Shown here in pieces: positions 62,131-64,000 of a stretch of 64,000 nucleotides of DNA. Position 1 is the stretch's first letter; each line of letters begins with the position of its first letter. The translations under genes were made by a program, and so were the position numbers. Location of the stretch: IMG/VR virus record IMGVR_UViG_3300049448_000712; one strand, 5' to 3'. The notes under the pieces were generated by a model. The model searched no databases, was not told the origin of the DNA, and was given only the letters and a program-made list of their open reading frames with translations. The stretch comes from a virus.

Positions 62131-62349
62131 ATGTCGAACTTCTTGACTCTGGTTCTGCTCACGCTGGTCGCGTTCGGATTTGGAGCCGTCGTCGGAGAAG
62201 CATTCGCGCCGCTGTCAGGCGGCACAGTGCAGTCGCTCAGCCGGCGCTTGAACTCGGCGGAGACCGAGATCGATCGACTGAGCTCGAAGTACGAGCGGCT
62301 CAACGCGCGCACGTGCAAGATGAATGTCGATGGAGACGAGAGCCAGTAG
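62131..62349 (+). CDS. small membrane protein
   Basis: TM MSNFLTLVLLTLVAFGFGAVVG, then a short coiled coil. Confidence 0.35.
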   Translation: MSNFLTLVLLTLVAFGFGAVVGEAFAPLSGGTVQSLSRRLNSAETEIDRLSSKYERLNARTCKMNVDGDESQ

Positions 62350-62451
62350 GCCGCGAGCTCGCCACGCTTCGTTCATCGCTTGCATCGCCACGGGTGACAT
62401 GAGGGAGGCGCGCGTGTAGTCTGCTTCACGGCGCTGCGCAAGGGAGACGAC

Positions 62452-62799
62452 GTGCAGAAAACCTACGGTGCCTACGGCTTGGACATCAACAGCATCCTGC
62501 AGCCGGGCGGCAATCTGAACGTCCCCGGCATCATCTCGCAGGCGTACAACCAAGTGACGGTGCGCACGGCGGTGACGCCGGACATCGTGTTCCCCATCAG
62601 CGCGAACGGTCCGCCCTCGAGCGCCGCGACGCAAGAGCTGCTGAACCAGCTCCAGCCAACGGTCATCATCTCCGGTCCAGCCGGTTCTTTCGTGCTCGCG
62701 CCGTACGGCCAGGCTGTGGGACAGACGTCATGGGTGCCGATCGCGCTGTTCGGTTTGGGCGCAGCTGCGTTCATCGGCTGGGCGCTGTTCGGGAAGTGA
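62452..62799 (+). CDS. protein with C-terminal TM (SWVPIALFGLGAAAFIGWALFGK)
   Basis: ORF. Its C-terminus loosely resembles the W-TM members of the tail family but lacks an Arg tail. Confidence 0.4.
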   Translation: MQKTYGAYGLDINSILQPGGNLNVPGIISQAYNQVTVRTAVTPDIVFPISANGPPSSAATQELLNQLQPTVIISGPAGSFVLAPYGQAVGQTSWVPIALFGLGAAAFIGWALFGK

Positions 62800-62911
62800 G
62801 CTCGCCGTGTTTCAGGACATGACCGAGCTCGAGAAGTGGTGGTGGCTCGCAAAGACGGCCGCGCTTCTCGGCCTCGGCGGCGTCACCGTCTACGCGCTGG
62901 TGAGGAAGTAG

Positions 62912-63943
62912 ATGGCCCGCGTCGAGTTTACGCCGCAGGAGTGGGCGGCCTTCGTACGACAGAATAACGGCGACGACGCTCGATCCGCCTACCGCTGGTA
63001 CCGGCGAATGGAGGCCGCGCAGCGCAGGCAGGCACACGGTTTGATGGACGAGTTGGCCGAGTACCTTCAGGCACCCGACGAAGTTCGAGGGCTTTTCGCG
63101 CGCGACGGCCAGGTCGTCCTAGACCCGTGGGACGCCGAGCATCTCGTCGACTACATCGGCATGGGAGACACGTACGACGCGACCCTGCTCTACAATCCCC
63201 AGCGCGATTTTTTCTTTCTCGGGACCTATGGCGGCATCATCGAAGCCTGGGAGCAAGAGCATCAACTAGAAGCGCCAGAAGGCATGACGCGCTGCGAAGG
63301 CTGCGGAGACGACGTTCCGTTCGATGAAATAGAAGACACTCTCTGCTCTCGGTGCGCTACTAAGCAACGACGCTCCATCGACCTACCTACGTGGGTACCT
63401 CATCATACGGACGCGCTCGTTGCGGTCCTCAAGTCTGTTGAAGGAAATGCAGTCGACGTACGAGCACTAGAAGGCGACCCAGCGAATCTCGCGTTCTCCG
63501 TGCGCATGGGCGAGCATGAATACTCCGCCAAAGAGCCGGGCGTACCGTATCGCGTGTCGCTCACGCAGCTCCATGAGCGTTTCGCGCGAAGCGATTCGAC
63601 AGCGGTAGCGACATTCCTACACAACGATGTCGTGATCGAGCGCGAGCAGTACAACAGGCTCCGTGTTGCGCTCGACTACTTCATGGAGAACCTCAAGGCC
63701 TTTCCCGCGATGCTCGAAGTGCCCGACGCGTTGTGGCCGTGCTCTCGATTGCGCGTGGACTGGTGGCAGGAGCGCGGCCGAGCCGTGGTCACCGCCTACG
63801 GATCGCGCCACGATGGCGAGGAGTACGCCATCTGGGCCGCAAGCGACGAGGAAGTTCAGCAACTGATTGACGACGGCTTCATCCGCTGGAACCGCGACGC
63901 AGACGTACGGCGCTATCTGTTGGAAAACATGCTCTGCAAATAA
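62912..63943 (+). CDS. hypothetical protein (343 aa)
   Basis: Long ORF with coding-like composition; CEGCGDD...CSRC zinc-ribbon-like pair. Confidence 0.5.
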   Translation: MARVEFTPQEWAAFVRQNNGDDARSAYRWYRRMEAAQRRQAHGLMDELAEYLQAPDEVRGLFARDGQVVLDPWDAEHLVDYIGMGDTYDATLLYNPQRDFFFLGTYGGIIEAWEQEHQLEAPEGMTRCEGCGDDVPFDEIEDTLCSRCATKQRRSIDLPTWVPHHTDALVAVLKSVEGNAVDVRALEGDPANLAFSVRMGEHEYSAKEPGVPYRVSLTQLHERFARSDSTAVATFLHNDVVIEREQYNRLRVALDYFMENLKAFPAMLEVPDALWPCSRLRVDWWQERGRAVVTAYGSRHDGEEYAIWAASDEEVQQLIDDGFIRWNRDADVRRYLLENMLCK

Positions 63944-64000
63944 ACCGAGGCCCCGGGTCGAACGGGGTGCCGGGGGTTAGCCGGCGTTTTGCCCTGTAGC

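Overview
This window is GC-rich (about two-thirds G+C by eye; not computed) and densely packed with short genes in operon-like blocks of alternating orientation. Its content is typical of a bacteriophage or prophage from a high-GC host, although no terminase, portal, HK97 capsid or tail genes are recognisable anywhere in it. Block 1 (1-20.3 kb, + strand) encodes DNA-metabolism and modification functions: an N4/N6 DNA methyltransferase cut by the window start, a VRR-NUC nuclease, an MT-A70 methyltransferase, a Cro-like HTH protein, a 608-aa P-loop ATPase with two C-terminal winged-helix repeats, a MazG-like pyrophosphohydrolase, the flavin thymidylate synthase ThyX (exact RHRxxSxxxxSxRY signature), a dNMP kinase, an SPFH/band-7 lipoprotein and a RyR-domain protein. 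After a bidirectional terminator it continues with a sugar/methyl/acyl-transfer cassette: an RHH regulator, two SAM methyltransferases including a TylF/MycF-type O-methyltransferase, a double-domain GT2 glycosyltransferase, a Vat/CatB-type hexapeptide acetyltransferase and an ACP-like carrier protein. It ends with two small Arg/Lys-rich paralogs and three membrane proteins that share a C-terminal motif, TM helix and GYRRRxRR tail. Block 2 (20.4-32.2 kb, - strand) holds many small Cys-rich or zinc-ribbon hypotheticals, a thioredoxin and a short tyrosine recombinase. It ends at an AT-rich divergent control region that carries a perfect 14-bp palindrome. Block 3 (32.4-42 kb, + strand) includes QueD (CxxxHGH) followed directly by a TGT-like DpdA candidate, which points to 7-deazaguanine DNA modification, plus tandem paralogs and a gene pair that looks frameshifted at an A6 tract. 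Block 4 (42-62 kb, - strand apart from a lone REC response regulator) encodes two CHAP-like amidase paralogs flanking a CPBP/Abi-family intramembrane protease, three signal-peptide-bearing beta-helix-like secreted proteins, three tandem paralogs (one a Tat-type lipoprotein), more members of the TM plus Arg-tail family, a third copy of the small basic protein, an extremely basic protein and a transglutaminase-like cysteine protease. All functional calls rest on motifs I could read directly; no database search was possible. Gene starts are approximate.
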